A stretch of DNA of 64,000 bases from an uncultured Methanoregulaceae archaeon (GTDB taxonomy: Archaea; Halobacteriota; Methanomicrobia; Methanomicrobiales; Methanospirillaceae), in assembly GCA_963790005.1 (NCBI GenBank), contig CAWBMY010000027.1, positions 3,213 through 67,212 of the forward strand, read 5' to 3'. Made by a program: the position numbers and the translations under genes. Of this stretch, positions 1 to 14,128 are shown piece after piece (positions within the stretch are counted from its first letter, which is position 1; each line of letters begins with the position of its first letter). The notes beneath the pieces were generated by a model. It worked only from the letters and a program-made list of their open reading frames with translations. It searched no databases and had not been told where the DNA came from.

Positions 1-28
1 TAAAAGACCCGGAAACAGTGATCAAACA

Positions 29-668
29 ATGCGAACCCCCGACCGAGATCGACGCAGATTTGCCCTCGCTGCTCTCTGCACTGCACTTGTAATTGCCCTG
101 TTCGCCCTCGGCCGTCGGTGCGCTCAATGCAACATACGTAGTGCTGCCTAACGCTACCTCGTATGCCGCATCGGTCGACATTGTGGATGCATCAAACTAC
201 ATGTTTGCCGAGAACGGCATGCTCGGTGAAAACATACCTATTACGGTTACAAACGTGACACTTGTCGCCGAGAACGGCACTCCCGTAAACTTCAACTGGA
301 CCCTCCTGTGGAGTGCCCCCTCGGTGATTACCTTCCCTTCAGGGAATTATACGGTTTCGTATATCTCGCCCCTGCACGACAATCAGATCCAGGGCACATA
401 CCTCTCGCCGTACAATGTGAATGTGACCCTGCCCGGGGAGTATGATGTACGAAACCCGCTCCTTGCCGGGATGAGCCTGGGTGCAAATGTGACCCGGTTT
501 CCGGACAACACCACACAGGTGACGTGGAACAAAACGACTTCGTTCAATCTCCGGTTCTACGATCAGGGCAGGGAAGAACTGCTCTACATGTTCGCCGAGT
601 TCATGATTATTCTCGCGGTGATCCTGCTGATGCCATTTTTGCTGATGAGAAAGCCTCCGCAGGTATAA
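29..668 (+). CDS. Conserved Methanomicrobiales secreted/membrane protein (DUF5803-like), 5' end probably frameshifted
   Basis: ORF 93..668 with many N-x-T sequons and a C-terminal TM helix (LLYMFAEFMIILAVILLMPFLL); upstream ATG at 29 in another frame. Confidence 0.55.
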
Positions 669-827
669 CATGTAAACCGGCGCGGATTTTTTTCATTGCA
701 GGATTCCCCTGAAGGTATGCGGGGAAACCCCGGGTTTTCTCCTGCTCAAACAGCGCCCAAAAGACGACTCCCATCACCTTATACAAAACGGCAAGATTTA
801 AACCGATGCTTTCTCAGATCAGGAGTA

Positions 828-1103
828 ATGTTGAGGGCTGCCGCAGTGGTAACCGGAAAAGTTCAGGGAGTCGGGTACCGGCAGTTTGTCTCGGACCATG
901 CCCACCGTCTCGGGCTGCATGGCTCGGTACAGAACATCCCGGACGGTTCGGTTCACATAATAGCGGAGGGGTCGCTTGCGGCACTGGAGGAATTTACCCG
1001 CCTCATGTGGGCTCGCGGGGTGCCTGAAATCCGGGTAGAGGGTGTGCAGGTTACACAGGGTGAATCTACAGGTGAGTTCAAGGGATTCTGGGTGAAGTGG
1101 TGA
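828..1103 (+). CDS. acyP: Acylphosphatase
   Basis: Signature VTGKVQGVGYR ... GSVQNIPDGSVHIIAEG; AGGAG RBS before ATG 828. Confidence 0.9.
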   Translation: MLRAAAVVTGKVQGVGYRQFVSDHAHRLGLHGSVQNIPDGSVHIIAEGSLAALEEFTRLMWARGVPEIRVEGVQVTQGESTGEFKGFWVKW

Positions 1104-1343
1104 AGCAGGAAATCATCTATTCATTAATTCAACACGATGATACCACATTGGAGATTGCGGCACCCCTCCATAAACTCGTATAGTTTTCAACGAGTACTCT
1201 CAGCCGCATCGGTATAACTAGAGTTTCTAATCCCAGGAAACCATTCACTGCCAATACCTGTGCGGGATTTTAAAAAAACACCAACCGCATTCCGGTACGT
1301 CATTCGTAAAAATGTCGTATATCTGAAAAAATGATGATAAAAG

Positions 1344-2288
1344 TTACTGTAACCCGAACGACTTCAGGGTCACATCGTCGTTAACAGCACCGACGTGGTA
1401 GACGCTCCCGTCAGAGAGCTCGTTGATAATAACCTCGGCAGGAGAGAAGAGCGAGGTGTCGATCTTGTAGAAGTCGTACCCTGCTTCCTTGAAGATGTCG
1501 TTAAAAGGCTTGCCGTATCCCTTGGACTTGCTGCTCGGGATCTTCTCGAGATAGTCCTTGATCTCCGGTGCGTTCATGGTGAGCTGGATCTGGCCGTGGT
1601 AGATGGTTGCGTCGTTTGTCACGCCCATCGCACGCTTCGCCCCCCGTACCGGCGGGATCGGGGCAGTGCCAATGGCGGACATAATCTTCCGGGTGTCAAA
1701 CCCGAGCTCGTTTAACTTGTAGATCGCTGTCTCCACGCAGCGTCCCGAGACCTGAATCGATCCGACAATCGAAGAGGTCGGCGCGACCACCGCACAGGTA
1801 TTTGCCACATCGACATGGCATTCCTCGGCGATCTTCTCCATAACCTCACCGTTTGGCAGGTGATCGGATTCAAGGCACATCACGGCACAGTCGTAGTCAT
1901 CCTCGTAGTCGATCACTTCGTAGGTGTGCTTGGGTTTGAGCGAGAGTGCCCGGGCAGGGCCGCTTCCCATCGCAAAGTAGTTCCCCACCTTGACCGTCCA
2001 GCCGGCCTTCTGGGCCCCGAGGCAGGCAATCGACGGGAAATCGGTATTGACGTCGATGAACGGCTGGGGGAATCCCTTTATCTGTCCCATCCGGAAGTTG
2101 ACCTCGCCAAGACCGCCCATACAGATCTCGGTAAATGCCCTCCCTGCCGCGTACCCGCCTCTGGTACTTACACCACAATCGACAATGCGTGCGCCGTTAT
2201 CCAGTTCATGGTACGCAGCGTTAAACTCCTCGGCCAGGTCGGCGAGGTTGTCGAATATTTCAAGTGCCAGTTCGTTAACACTTAACAT
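1344..2288 (-). CDS. mch: Methenyltetrahydromethanopterin cyclohydrolase
   Basis: 314 aa; MLSVNELA, ACLGAQKAGW, AMGSGPARAL, MGVTNDATIYHG, FYKIDTSLFSPAEV. Confidence 0.97.
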   Translation of the reverse strand: MLSVNELALEIFDNLADLAEEFNAAYHELDNGARIVDCGVSTRGGYAAGRAFTEICMGGLGEVNFRMGQIKGFPQPFIDVNTDFPSIACLGAQKAGWTVKVGNYFAMGSGPARALSLKPKHTYEVIDYEDDYDCAVMCLESDHLPNGEVMEKIAEECHVDVANTCAVVAPTSSIVGSIQVSGRCVETAIYKLNELGFDTRKIMSAIGTAPIPPVRGAKRAMGVTNDATIYHGQIQLTMNAPEIKDYLEKIPSSKSKGYGKPFNDIFKEAGYDFYKIDTSLFSPAEVIINELSDGSVYHVGAVNDDVTLKSFGLQ

Positions 2289-2357
2289 AGAAAAACCCCT
2301 ATCTCATAAGAAGAGGGTCGCTAAATAGATAAGATTTTTGAAAATATTTCAACGGTC

Positions 2358-3482
2358 TTATGAAAGGTAACCGAGAACCTTTTCCGGCTCGTAGCGGAGG
2401 GTGATCACCCGGGTCCTGCCCTTTCCCTTCCCGGTACTGGAGGTTAACAAGCCGCATCGCGTCCATTTTTTTAACAATCTCGTAGAACCGGGTGTAGCCA
2501 ACCGGCACCTCTTCCTTGATCGTTTTGTAAACCTCACCGGCGTTCATCCCTGCTCCCGCTGCACTTGCCCTGGCAAGACACGAGAGGATTTTGCGCTCCT
2601 CATCCTTGAGCGTCCTGATCGTATATTCAAGGTGCAGGTACTTCGACACCTCATACGCCCCGCAGATATCCTCCCGATCGATGCTGCGCCGTGCGGCACG
2701 CTCCGCGTTGAGGGCGGCCCGTTTCAGGAGATCGATACCCACTCTCAGGTCGCCGCTTTTTAGGGTCTGCTCCACGACAAGGTCCAGCATCGCGTCGCTG
2801 ATGACACCGTTAAAGAACCCCTGCATCACCCGGGCCTTCATGATCTCCTGCACTTCTGCATTTCCGTACGGGGGAAAGTAGATCTCGGTGGGCCGGAAGA
2901 CCGAGGAGACCCGGACGTCCACCGCCCGCGAGAGATCAACATCCGGGTCGCTGATGATCACGATGACACCGATGCGGATGCCCTCGTAGGATTCATGTGC
3001 CCGGAGAAGGGTGTAGAGCACTTTGTTGAGTCTCGTTTTCGTAGAGGAGATAGTTCGCATCGTCGAGTGCGACGAGCAGCACGCATTCCTCTTTCTGGAG
3101 CAGACGGGCAACTGCATCGAAGACCTGCTTGAACGAGGTTCCCGATGAGGGGGGCAGGTGACCAGAGAGTTTCCGGTAGATCTGGGAGAGGATCGCAAAC
3201 TTGGTATTATCGATCTGGCAGTTGATGTGGACCGGCACCAGTTTTTTTGTCGTCTCTTCGACTTCCTGGAAGAGTTTCTTGATACTGGTCGTTTTCCCGA
3301 ACCGGGCAGGCCCTTGCAGATCGTATTGAGCGGCCTGCCGCCCGGAGTCCGGGCCGGATCTGGAACGCGAGTTCCTGCATCTGCGTATCGCGGAACTCGA
3401 ACTGCTCGGGAAGATAATCGATCTCGAACACTTCGGGGTCGCGGAAGAGCGACTCGTCCCACATCAGCAGGTTCTTCTTCAT
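2358..3482 (-). CDS. cdc6: ORC1/Cdc6 AAA+ ATPase (split over frames by indels)
   Basis: LFRDPEVFEIDYLPEQF, Walker A GLPGSGK, Walker B VALDDANYL, FPPY, GDLRVGIDLL, C-terminal wHTH. Confidence 0.9.
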
Positions 3483-3672
3483 CGTATAGTCCCTCCATCT
3501 ACGTTGCAACGGATAACAGCTCTGATGGGAGGATTGGAAGTTATCGGGCTTAAATCATGTCAAAATTTTTACCAAACCCAGGATCGTTTTTCTTGTCAGG
3601 AGGAACACGGGTACCGGAACCTGCGCTCCGTCACGCCAGACATATATCCCCGTAAGTGAAACGGATGTGCAG

Positions 3673-3697
3673 GATGCGGCAGATGATGAAAGTTACC
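3673..3697 (+). repeat. attL: displaced 5' end of the box C/D sRNA gene (core 3677-3697)
   Basis: GATGCGGCAGATGATGAAAGTTACC; core identical to 21829-21849; GATGCGGCA is the exact reverse complement of TGCCGCATC at 21882-21890. Confidence 0.9.
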
Positions 3698-3929
3698 GTA
3701 CAATATTAGTGGCAGATAATATGGATTATTCTATCTTCCGCGCGCCGGACAAATCTCGCCCCGTAACATTTTTATTTATTAATTATTTCCGGAAAGGTTC
3801 TGTCAAGTTATCGGCAGGTCTGAACATTACCCCTCCGAAGATAATTGACAACCTGCCGAAGACTAACAAGCCCCGATGCACAATCATTATGTACCGAAAA
3901 GCCAATTACCGGTAAACAGAGGATAAAAC

Positions 3930-4418
3930 ATGATTTCAAAAACCATGGAACAAGCCCTGAACAAGCAGGTCAACCGCGAGCTCTTCTCCGAGTACCTGTA
4001 CCTTTCAATGTCTGCCTACTTCGAGACAATCTTCCTGAAAGGATTTGCGAAATGGATGCGGGTGCAGGCAAGGGAGGAACATGCGCATGCGATGAAGATC
4101 TATGACTACATCATCGCCCGCGGCGGGAAAGTTACCCTTGCTGCCATCGAGGCGCCAAAAAACAAGTGGGAATCCGCCGGCAAGGTATTCGAAGAGTCCT
4201 ATGCCCATGAGCAGAAGGTCACCGGCATGATCGATGCTCTTGTCGATCTTGCCATCAAGGAAAAAGACCACGCAACGTTCGAGATGCTCCAGTGGTTTGT
4301 CAAAGAACAGGTTGAAGAGGAGATGAATGCGAGTGACATTCTCAACCAGATTGCCATTGTCGGGGACCGGCCGGGGCACCTCTTCGCGCTTGACCATCAT
4401 CTCGGGAAGAGGGAATAG
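3930..4418 (+). CDS. ftnA: Non-heme ferritin
   Basis: LNKQVNRELFSEYLYLSMS, EEHAHAMK, HEQKVT, LQWFVKEQVEEE ferroxidase motifs. Confidence 0.95.
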   Translation: MISKTMEQALNKQVNRELFSEYLYLSMSAYFETIFLKGFAKWMRVQAREEHAHAMKIYDYIIARGGKVTLAAIEAPKNKWESAGKVFEESYAHEQKVTGMIDALVDLAIKEKDHATFEMLQWFVKEQVEEEMNASDILNQIAIVGDRPGHLFALDHHLGKRE

Positions 4419-4658
4419 ACAGCACCCGTTTTCAATCAACATTTTCTTCTTTTGAAGAATGACGAGGCGTGAGTCCCGGTTATCGGACTTCTGCCCTCAC
4501 CCGTCTAAGTCTTAATAAACCGCGTAACCCCCATTTTCCATTGTAAACGAGGTTATGGCCAGGAAAGTCCCTGCCGTACACCAGGGGGTCCCGGTTTCGG
4601 ACAACCAGGGCTTCCCTCGCAGCAGGGCAGCGTGGCCCGGCCTTTGTACCGTGGATAA

Positions 4659-7978
<3,320 letters not shown>

Positions 7979-7979
<1 letters not shown>

Positions 7980-8496
7980 TGAGCAGATCCATTCCCTTGA
8001 CCGGACCAGACCGATCTGGCGATCCTCAATGCCCTGCAGGATGATCTCCCGCTCGTATCCCGGCCATGGAAAGCGATTGCTGAGCGGCTGGGAATTACCG
8101 GAGACTGGGATTCTCGGCCGGATGAAACGGCTGGAGGAGGCAGGAATTATCCGGGGCATATCCCCGGTTCTGGAATCCCGCCATCTCGGCCTGCATGCCG
8201 CGACCCTGGTTGCCCTCCGCGTTCCGGAAGAACGGGTTGACGAGATCGCGGCCATTATCAGCAGTTATCCGGAAGTGTCGCACAATTTCAGACGGGATCA
8301 TTACTATTCCCTCTGGTTCACGATTGCTGCACAGAACGGGGAGGGGATCCAAAGAGTCCTGAATGAAATTCTGGACAGGACCGGAATTCCGGCCTCTGAT
8401 GCACTTGATCTGCCGACCGTAAAAAAGATAAAAATCGATGTGCGGTTCTCCTTTTTGCCCGCACAATCCGGGGAGGTTCCTCATGGATCCGATTGA
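7979..8496 (+). CDS. ahbA: Siroheme decarboxylase subunit alpha (Lrp/AsnC-like), frameshifted
   Basis: HTH then ATLVALRVP...EVSHNFRRDHYYSLWFTI. Confidence 0.85.
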
Positions 8497-8972
8497 TGTC
8501 CGGTTACTCAGGGAACTGGAACGGGGCCTCCCGTTCGTCCCGGCTCCCTTTGATGAGATCGGAAAACGACTGGGCCTCAGCGGCGACGAAGTGGTGGAAA
8601 GGATCCGGCTCCTGAAGGAAGCAGGGTATCATCCGGAAATTCCGGGCACGCATCGACCAGCGGAAAGTCGGGATCACGGCAAACGCTCTTGTTGCATGGA
8701 AACCGGCAGGAGCCGGCAAGGATGACCTGGGAAAACTTCTCGCAGCATTTCCCTCTGTTACCCATTGTTATGAACGCAGGCCGGTACCGGGTCGCTGGGA
8801 GTACACCCATTATACCGTCCACCACGGATACAGCAGAGACCAGGTGCTGGACGAAGTGAAGGCGGTTGCAGAGAAGATCGGCTGCCCGGATTATACGGTC
8901 CTCTTCAGCACCCGCGAGTTCAAGCGTGTGCCGAATGTACGGATGCGGGAGAACGGAGGAGGAGTCTCATGA
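8483..8972 (+). CDS. ahbB: Siroheme decarboxylase subunit beta, frameshifted
   Basis: MDPIDVRLLRELERGLPFVPAPF; VTHCYERRP...WEYTHYTVHHG...LFSTREFK in the downstream frame. Confidence 0.85.
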
Positions 8973-10175
8973 ACCGGATTACACAATGCATGCACGGGCG
9001 GGGAACGGTCAGCGGTGTGATGCGAGCACCGGCATAAACCGCAGGACTGATGTGCCGAGCGGCTATCTTGCCTTTTCCGGGATGTACCGGCCGGTGGTCT
9101 TCTGGAATATTACGGATCGCTGCAACCTTGAGCTGTACCCATTGTTACAGCAAATCAGGACCGGGACGCACAACTGAGGGAGAACTCACGACTGCCGAAG
9201 CGTTAGGGGTAATCGACGATCTTGCGGATATGGGTGTCCCGCTCATCCTGTTCACCGGCGGGGAACCCCTGATGCGTGCGGATATCTGGGAACTGGCACG
9301 TCATGCCGGGAGCCGTGGCCTCAAGATGGCGCTCAGCACAAACGGAACGCTGATCACTCCCGACATTGCCCGCAGGATCAAAGAATGCGGGATCGAATAT
9401 GCCGGGATCTCGCTGGACGGTGCGATAGGCAGAGACTCATGACCGGTTCCGGAATTCCCCCGGTGCGTTTGATCAGACAATCAGGGCATTTGCTGCCTGT
9501 AAGGAGGCCGGGCTCCGGTGCGGGGTCCGGGTCACGCTCACGAAAGAGAACTGCCGGGAACTTGAAGCCCTGGTCGATCTCTCGCTCTCCCTCGGCGCCT
9601 CCCGGTTCTGCCTGTACTGGCTCGTGCCAACAGGACGGGGAAGCGAATCCTATGCCCGGTTGCAGCTGGACCGGGACGAGGTGATCGAAGCCCTCAGTCT
9701 CCTCTACCGGAAAGCAAAGGAGACAGATCCCGCTGCCATGGAGTTCCTGACGGTCGATGCCCCGCAGGACTGCATCCACCTGCTCGCTTCAATGGAGAAG
9801 GATGGATCGGAAGATCTTGCCGATGCCCGGGAGCTGCTGGAATCGTTGAAGGGCGGGTGCAGCGCCGGCACCCGGGTGGCCAATATCGATACCCAGGGAA
9901 ACGTGTATCCCTGCCAGTTTGCCCGCTCGCCGGAATTTCTTGTCGGGAATGTCAGGGACCGGCCGTTCAGTGAGCTCTGGTCGGATGGCTCAAATCCGGT
10001 TCTTTCCCGGTTCCGGGAAAAGCAGGCCCGGTTCGGGGGACGGTGTGGAGATTGTGCCTATCGCGATCTCTGTGGCGGAGGATGCCGGGTCCGGGCACAT
10101 GCGGTGGAGGGGAATTTTCTGGCGGAAGATCCGTTCTGTTATGTAACTGAAATGAATTCGGCGATCCGGAAATAG
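8969..10175 (+). CDS. ahbC: Radical SAM Fe-coproporphyrin synthase AhbC (NirJ1-like), frameshifted
   Basis: RPVVFWNITDRCNL..CTHCY, FTGGEPL, GCSAGTRVANID...YPCQF, CGGGCRVRA. Confidence 0.78.
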
Positions 10176-10261
10176 GCAAATTCTGTTAGGGGGATTTGTT
10201 AAAAATAATGCATTTGTAGATAAGTTTATATAATTAAGCGATAAACTATATTTAAATATTC

Positions 10262-10305
10262 TTCGGCAAATGATGAAAGTTACCGCGCAATATTAGTGGC
10301 GGATA
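10262..10305 (+). repeat. Internal attP-like junction between elements A and B (core 10264-10284)
   Basis: TTCGGCAAATGATGAAAGTTACC (1 mismatch to core) preceded by TT as at 21827 and followed by the arm seen at 3698. Confidence 0.85.
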
Positions 10306-10396
10306 CTAGGGATTTGTTGCTCTTTTTATTGGCTTGGGGAAAACATGGACATATCGATCCTCGAAACAAGGGTTCTTTTCATGCACTGCCTAGTTT

Positions 10397-12417
10397 TTAC
10401 CCATCCACGCGGAGATTTGCCCACAAAAACGCATTATAGGGCTCGCTATCGATATTATCGCGGATCCTGTCTCTGATGAATGCAGCCCTGAGTTCATTGT
10501 ATGCCTTGTCGATCAACCCTCGGTAATACCCAAGATCAAACGAAACCACACACCAAGCCGGTTGCCACCCGGTACCGCCGGGCATCGGTCACGACATACT
10601 GGATCTTCATGCCGGGCGCGATCCCGATCCCGTGATCCCGGTATGCCTGTACCGCCGCGCCTTCGATGCACCGGTGGGCATACGTGAGCCGGCTGATCCG
10701 GCGGTTGATCACCATTAATTGGGGATCCGCTGATGGCAGGCTGTTTATTGTTTCCCGGAAAATCCCCGCGAGATCTTCCCGTGTCGCTTCGAGTTCCGCG
10801 ATTGTTTTTGCACGCGCCATGACCGCGAGAATCCGGCGCTGCATCTCCCGCACGTACTCTGGCGTGTCATGCCTCCGCGCGGCAATGCCCCGAACCTTGA
10901 TGCTCCCGTCCGGCTGCCGGCCATAATACCGGTTGTACGCACCAAAGCCGTCCGCGAGCGGAAGGAAAACGATCCAGTCGAAGTGTTCAATTTCAAGGAA
11001 CAGCCCGGTCTCCCGCTCGACCCGTTCTTTGAGTGCCTCGACCGGTGATCCCTGCACCCAGAGACAGTCCACAATCCCGTGCAGCACATGAAAATCCATT
11101 GCCTCGGCAATATCCTTGGTCTGGATCAGAATGTCCCGGGACCGGCCCGTGATCCCTTCATGTACTTCGATCCGCCCGAACTTCGCATTCTTGTAACCGG
11201 TGTACCCGAAGCAGGTGACGAGCATCCACTTGAGGATCGCATCGGTGCCGGCGAACCGGGGGTCGGTCTTCTTGAGTTGCTTGGTCCTGATGCGCAGATC
11301 GAGCAGCGGCCTGAGCACGGCGGGGAGGAACCCCACACGCTCCGGATGTCCGACCGTTTCGGGAGAGAGGTTTGCCTGTACGATAATCGAGGGATACATG
11401 GACGTGAAATCGATCTCTTCGACATTCTCGTAGATCCCTGCCGTTGGCTGGAACATCATCCCGCCCCGGTCGGCGGCCTGGAGCGCGGAGAGCCGGCGGA
11501 CCTGCTCCGGGTCGCTCTTGCGGAACGGCACCGCGATACCCTGCTTCACCGCTTCGCAGGTCTCGTAACTGCTGATGAGTGTCCCGGGTGTGAACCGTGA
11601 CGCGAGGTTCGGTGAGAGCCCCGCGAGCCGGGCAGCCATGAACACCCCTTCAAGTCCGCCTTCCCGGTACACGAACGACTGTTCCGTGTCGATGAGAATA
11701 CGCCCGTCCGGGATGAGTGCAGAGTCCTTGTGCTCCATCCGGCCGTAACTCCAGTACGAGCGTGAGTCCATCTGCCGGTATTTCCCGTTCCGCGAGAAGG
11801 GCATGATCATCGTCGTACTGCTGTACAAGGTCCCGGATCTTCGGCATCCAGGTGTCGGCATCCGGCATCAGGATCACGTCAGGGTCAACCGATTTGACGA
11901 GACCGAAGAGCGCCGTGAGCACTTCCCCGGTCAGGCCGGTGAGATGTTCGGTAATCCCGTGGATGACATCAATCTCCGTGAACTGTGGGGAGAGCGCCGG
12001 GTCGCCGTTGATGCGGATCTCCATCACGGAAAGATCGTGCGTGATCTCCGGGGAGAACCGGTCGTCACCTTCCCCGGCGCAGGGAAAAATCCCGCGTTCG
12101 GCCATGAAGCGCTGGTCGCGGCGCACGTCCACGTTGAAGAGGTCGACCCCGTACTGTGCCTGCCGCTCGATCGCCTCGGCCACGTCCCGGCCGGCAGCGA
12201 CCGCGTAGCCCGGGAGATCGCCAAAGATGGTGCGGATGGTGCACTCCTCCGCACCGTACCGCTCTTCCAGTGCTTCGATCATCCCGTAATGGGCATGCGG
12301 GTCGTGGAAGTGGACAAAAAACGGCGGGTTGTACTCGTAGTGGACTTTTGTTACGGTCCTGTCCTTTGTCCAGAGATCGATACCGCCGTCGCGGTACGCG
12401 GAGTCAAGGATCCACAT
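10397..12417 (-). CDS. polB2: Family B DNA polymerase, PolB2 (Dpo2) group, frameshifted
   Basis: Motif A EIDFTSMYPSII, motif B LKWMLVTCFGYTGY, variant motif C HGIVDCLWV typical of PolB2; degenerate exonuclease region; NRYYG...KVRGI. Confidence 0.85.
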
Positions 12418-12658
12418 GTTTTTTCATGTCCGCTTCGAGTTTGTCCTGGCGCTTGAGGATCTCCACGAGCGCGGAGAAGACCACGCCTTCGAGCGGATCG
12501 TCGCAGGCAACAAACGCCTCGCTCGAATGCATCTTTGCCAGTTCCACGAGCAGTTCGCCGTACCGCTGGTCTTCTTTTTTGAGCGCCCGGGCCGAGCGGG
12601 CCCACCGGTCTGCCGTGCTGTTGACACCCTGCCGGACGCTGGGAAAGGTCCTGCCCAT
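12404..12658 (-). CDS. Small PolB2-associated helical protein (arCOG07300-like)
   Basis: MGRTFPSVRQ...ARALKKEDQRYGELLVELAKMH...; overlaps the polB2 start. Confidence 0.8.
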   Translation of the reverse strand: MGRTFPSVRQGVNSTADRWARSARALKKEDQRYGELLVELAKMHSSEAFVACDDPLEGVVFSALVEILKRQDKLEADMKKHVDP

Positions 12659-12659
12659 T

Positions 12660-13181
12660 TTAAGACACCTCCAGCGTCCGCTGCCCGGTGGGACGCTGGC
12701 CGTACTGCCGCATGGTACGGGTGGTGCGGATGGGACCCGTGTTTGCTTCGATGGGAATGAGCTCGATGTAGCGATCCGCCTTCCGTGCAAGCGCGGGAAA
12801 CGTGCGGTCGGCAACCGGCGTATAGAGAATGACGAGCGACTCCCGGCCCGCATCCTTTAATGCGTCGGCAACGGGTTCGAGCATGGCTGTTGCCCCGTCA
12901 AAGAGCGAGGGGTCGTGCTCGACAAAGACGACCGTGTGGCCGGCCTCGCGGAGCGTGGTGAAGAGCTGGTGGGCGGTGAATGCCCGGCGGACATCGAAGT
13001 TCTTTGACTGCCGGTTGATGCCGGAGAGGACCCGGGAGTAGTTCCCCCCGATGTAGAGGAAGAGGAAACGCTGAAGATCCGTGTTGCTGTTGATGGCGGC
13101 GATTATCTCTTTTTCCGGGGCGACGACCGCGTTGAATGTTCCCGGCTGGAGCGTGATTCCCCTGCGGATCTCGATCTGCAT
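12660..13181 (-). CDS. Inactivated RadA/RecA-fold protein of the PolB2 operon
   Basis: FDVRRAFTAHQLFTTL RecA-like strand-helix, no Walker A; position upstream of arCOG07300-polB2. Confidence 0.7.
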   Translation of the reverse strand: MQIEIRRGITLQPGTFNAVVAPEKEIIAAINSNTDLQRFLFLYIGGNYSRVLSGINRQSKNFDVRRAFTAHQLFTTLREAGHTVVFVEHDPSLFDGATAMLEPVADALKDAGRESLVILYTPVADRTFPALARKADRYIELIPIEANTGPIRTTRTMRQYGQRPTGQRTLEVS

Positions 13182-13234
13182 AGCACCGGATCCCTGATGC
13201 ACTGAGGGGGATAAAGGGCCGGCCACGCGGGGGG

Positions 13235-13243
13235 TGAAAGTGA
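13235..13243 (-). promoter_or_regulatory. Candidate DNA-damage-response box TCACTTTCA
   Basis: Minus-strand TCACTTTCA about 25 nt downstream of TATA-like CTTTTAAC (13266-13273), upstream of the iRadA-polB2 operon. Confidence 0.45.
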
Positions 13244-13324
13244 CCGGACGCCGGTGGCTGGCGGAAGGTTAAAAGTATGATCTGGTAGGAGTTCTTGGGT
13301 TCGAATGCTACCCCTCGCACATCA

Positions 13325-14071
13325 TTACTGGGAGCGTTCTCGTTCGATCAAATCTTTTATTTCTGGAATTAAACTTCGTGCCTTTCTTACATTGTCAAAA
13401 TAAGCCTTAATTTGGAAATACTTATAATTCGTTCCGGGTTGAAGTTCAAAATCTTCATTTCTGTGGATTACTTGGACAACATCGTAAAATTCGATCAACT
13501 TTCTTTGAAATTCAACACCGAATTGAGTCATTTCTCTTAAATATTGTGAATAAATAGGTGTGCTCTCAAAAGTCTGAGGGTTTCCCTGTTTCCATAACTC
13601 GACTGCGTACCTAATCATTCCAGAATTGTCCGTAATATCGGGCACTGAATTGAGATTGATCTCTATTCTGGAAATTTCAGATTCAAACAAACCTAATATC
13701 CTTTGATTCTCGACCCGATTATTTTCCGGAGTGTTTCTCGGATTAGTTACCACGGTATTATGAGTGCCTTGAACGTTGATTACATCCCCGCCCACATTTT
13801 CAGAATGATTGGATTGAGTATTTTGTGGGATAGATCTGTCGGGAAAAAGGGCTTTTTGTTGATTCTCTAATATCCGCATGGCAATTTGACCCATCGACAT
13901 AGGACGGGCGAAGGCTGCGATCGAAATCAAAATGAAAATTATACCTATGGCGCCCTCGACCTCTCCGGTGAGATTTGAGAATCCGGTATTCGCCGCGACG
14001 ATCGCCATGATGACACCGAAAGCACCGGTCCCGATGCCCCCATAAATCCCCCGCTCTCGCATCTTGTCCAT
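13325..14071 (-). CDS. Hypothetical protein, two N-terminal TM helices plus soluble helical domain
   Basis: 248 aa ORF, low GC. Confidence 0.7.
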   Translation of the reverse strand: MDKMRERGIYGGIGTGAFGVIMAIVAANTGFSNLTGEVEGAIGIIFILISIAAFARPMSMGQIAMRILENQQKALFPDRSIPQNTQSNHSENVGGDVINVQGTHNTVVTNPRNTPENNRVENQRILGLFESEISRIEINLNSVPDITDNSGMIRYAVELWKQGNPQTFESTPIYSQYLREMTQFGVEFQRKLIEFYDVVQVIHRNEDFELQPGTNYKYFQIKAYFDNVRKARSLIPEIKDLIERERSQ

Positions 14072-14128
14072 GTGTGATCATCAGGAGTGGGAGCACTTAA
14101 TATTTGTTTAAAAATAAAACGATTCATT

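Noticed and set aside
3483-3672. oriC next to cdc6
   Set aside because: No ORB repeats or extended AT-rich unwinding element are visible in this short gap.
3673-3720. Copies at 3673 and 10262 as additional functional C/D sRNAs
   Set aside because: They have only the C box and half a guide; no D', C' or D box follows. They are better explained as att junctions.
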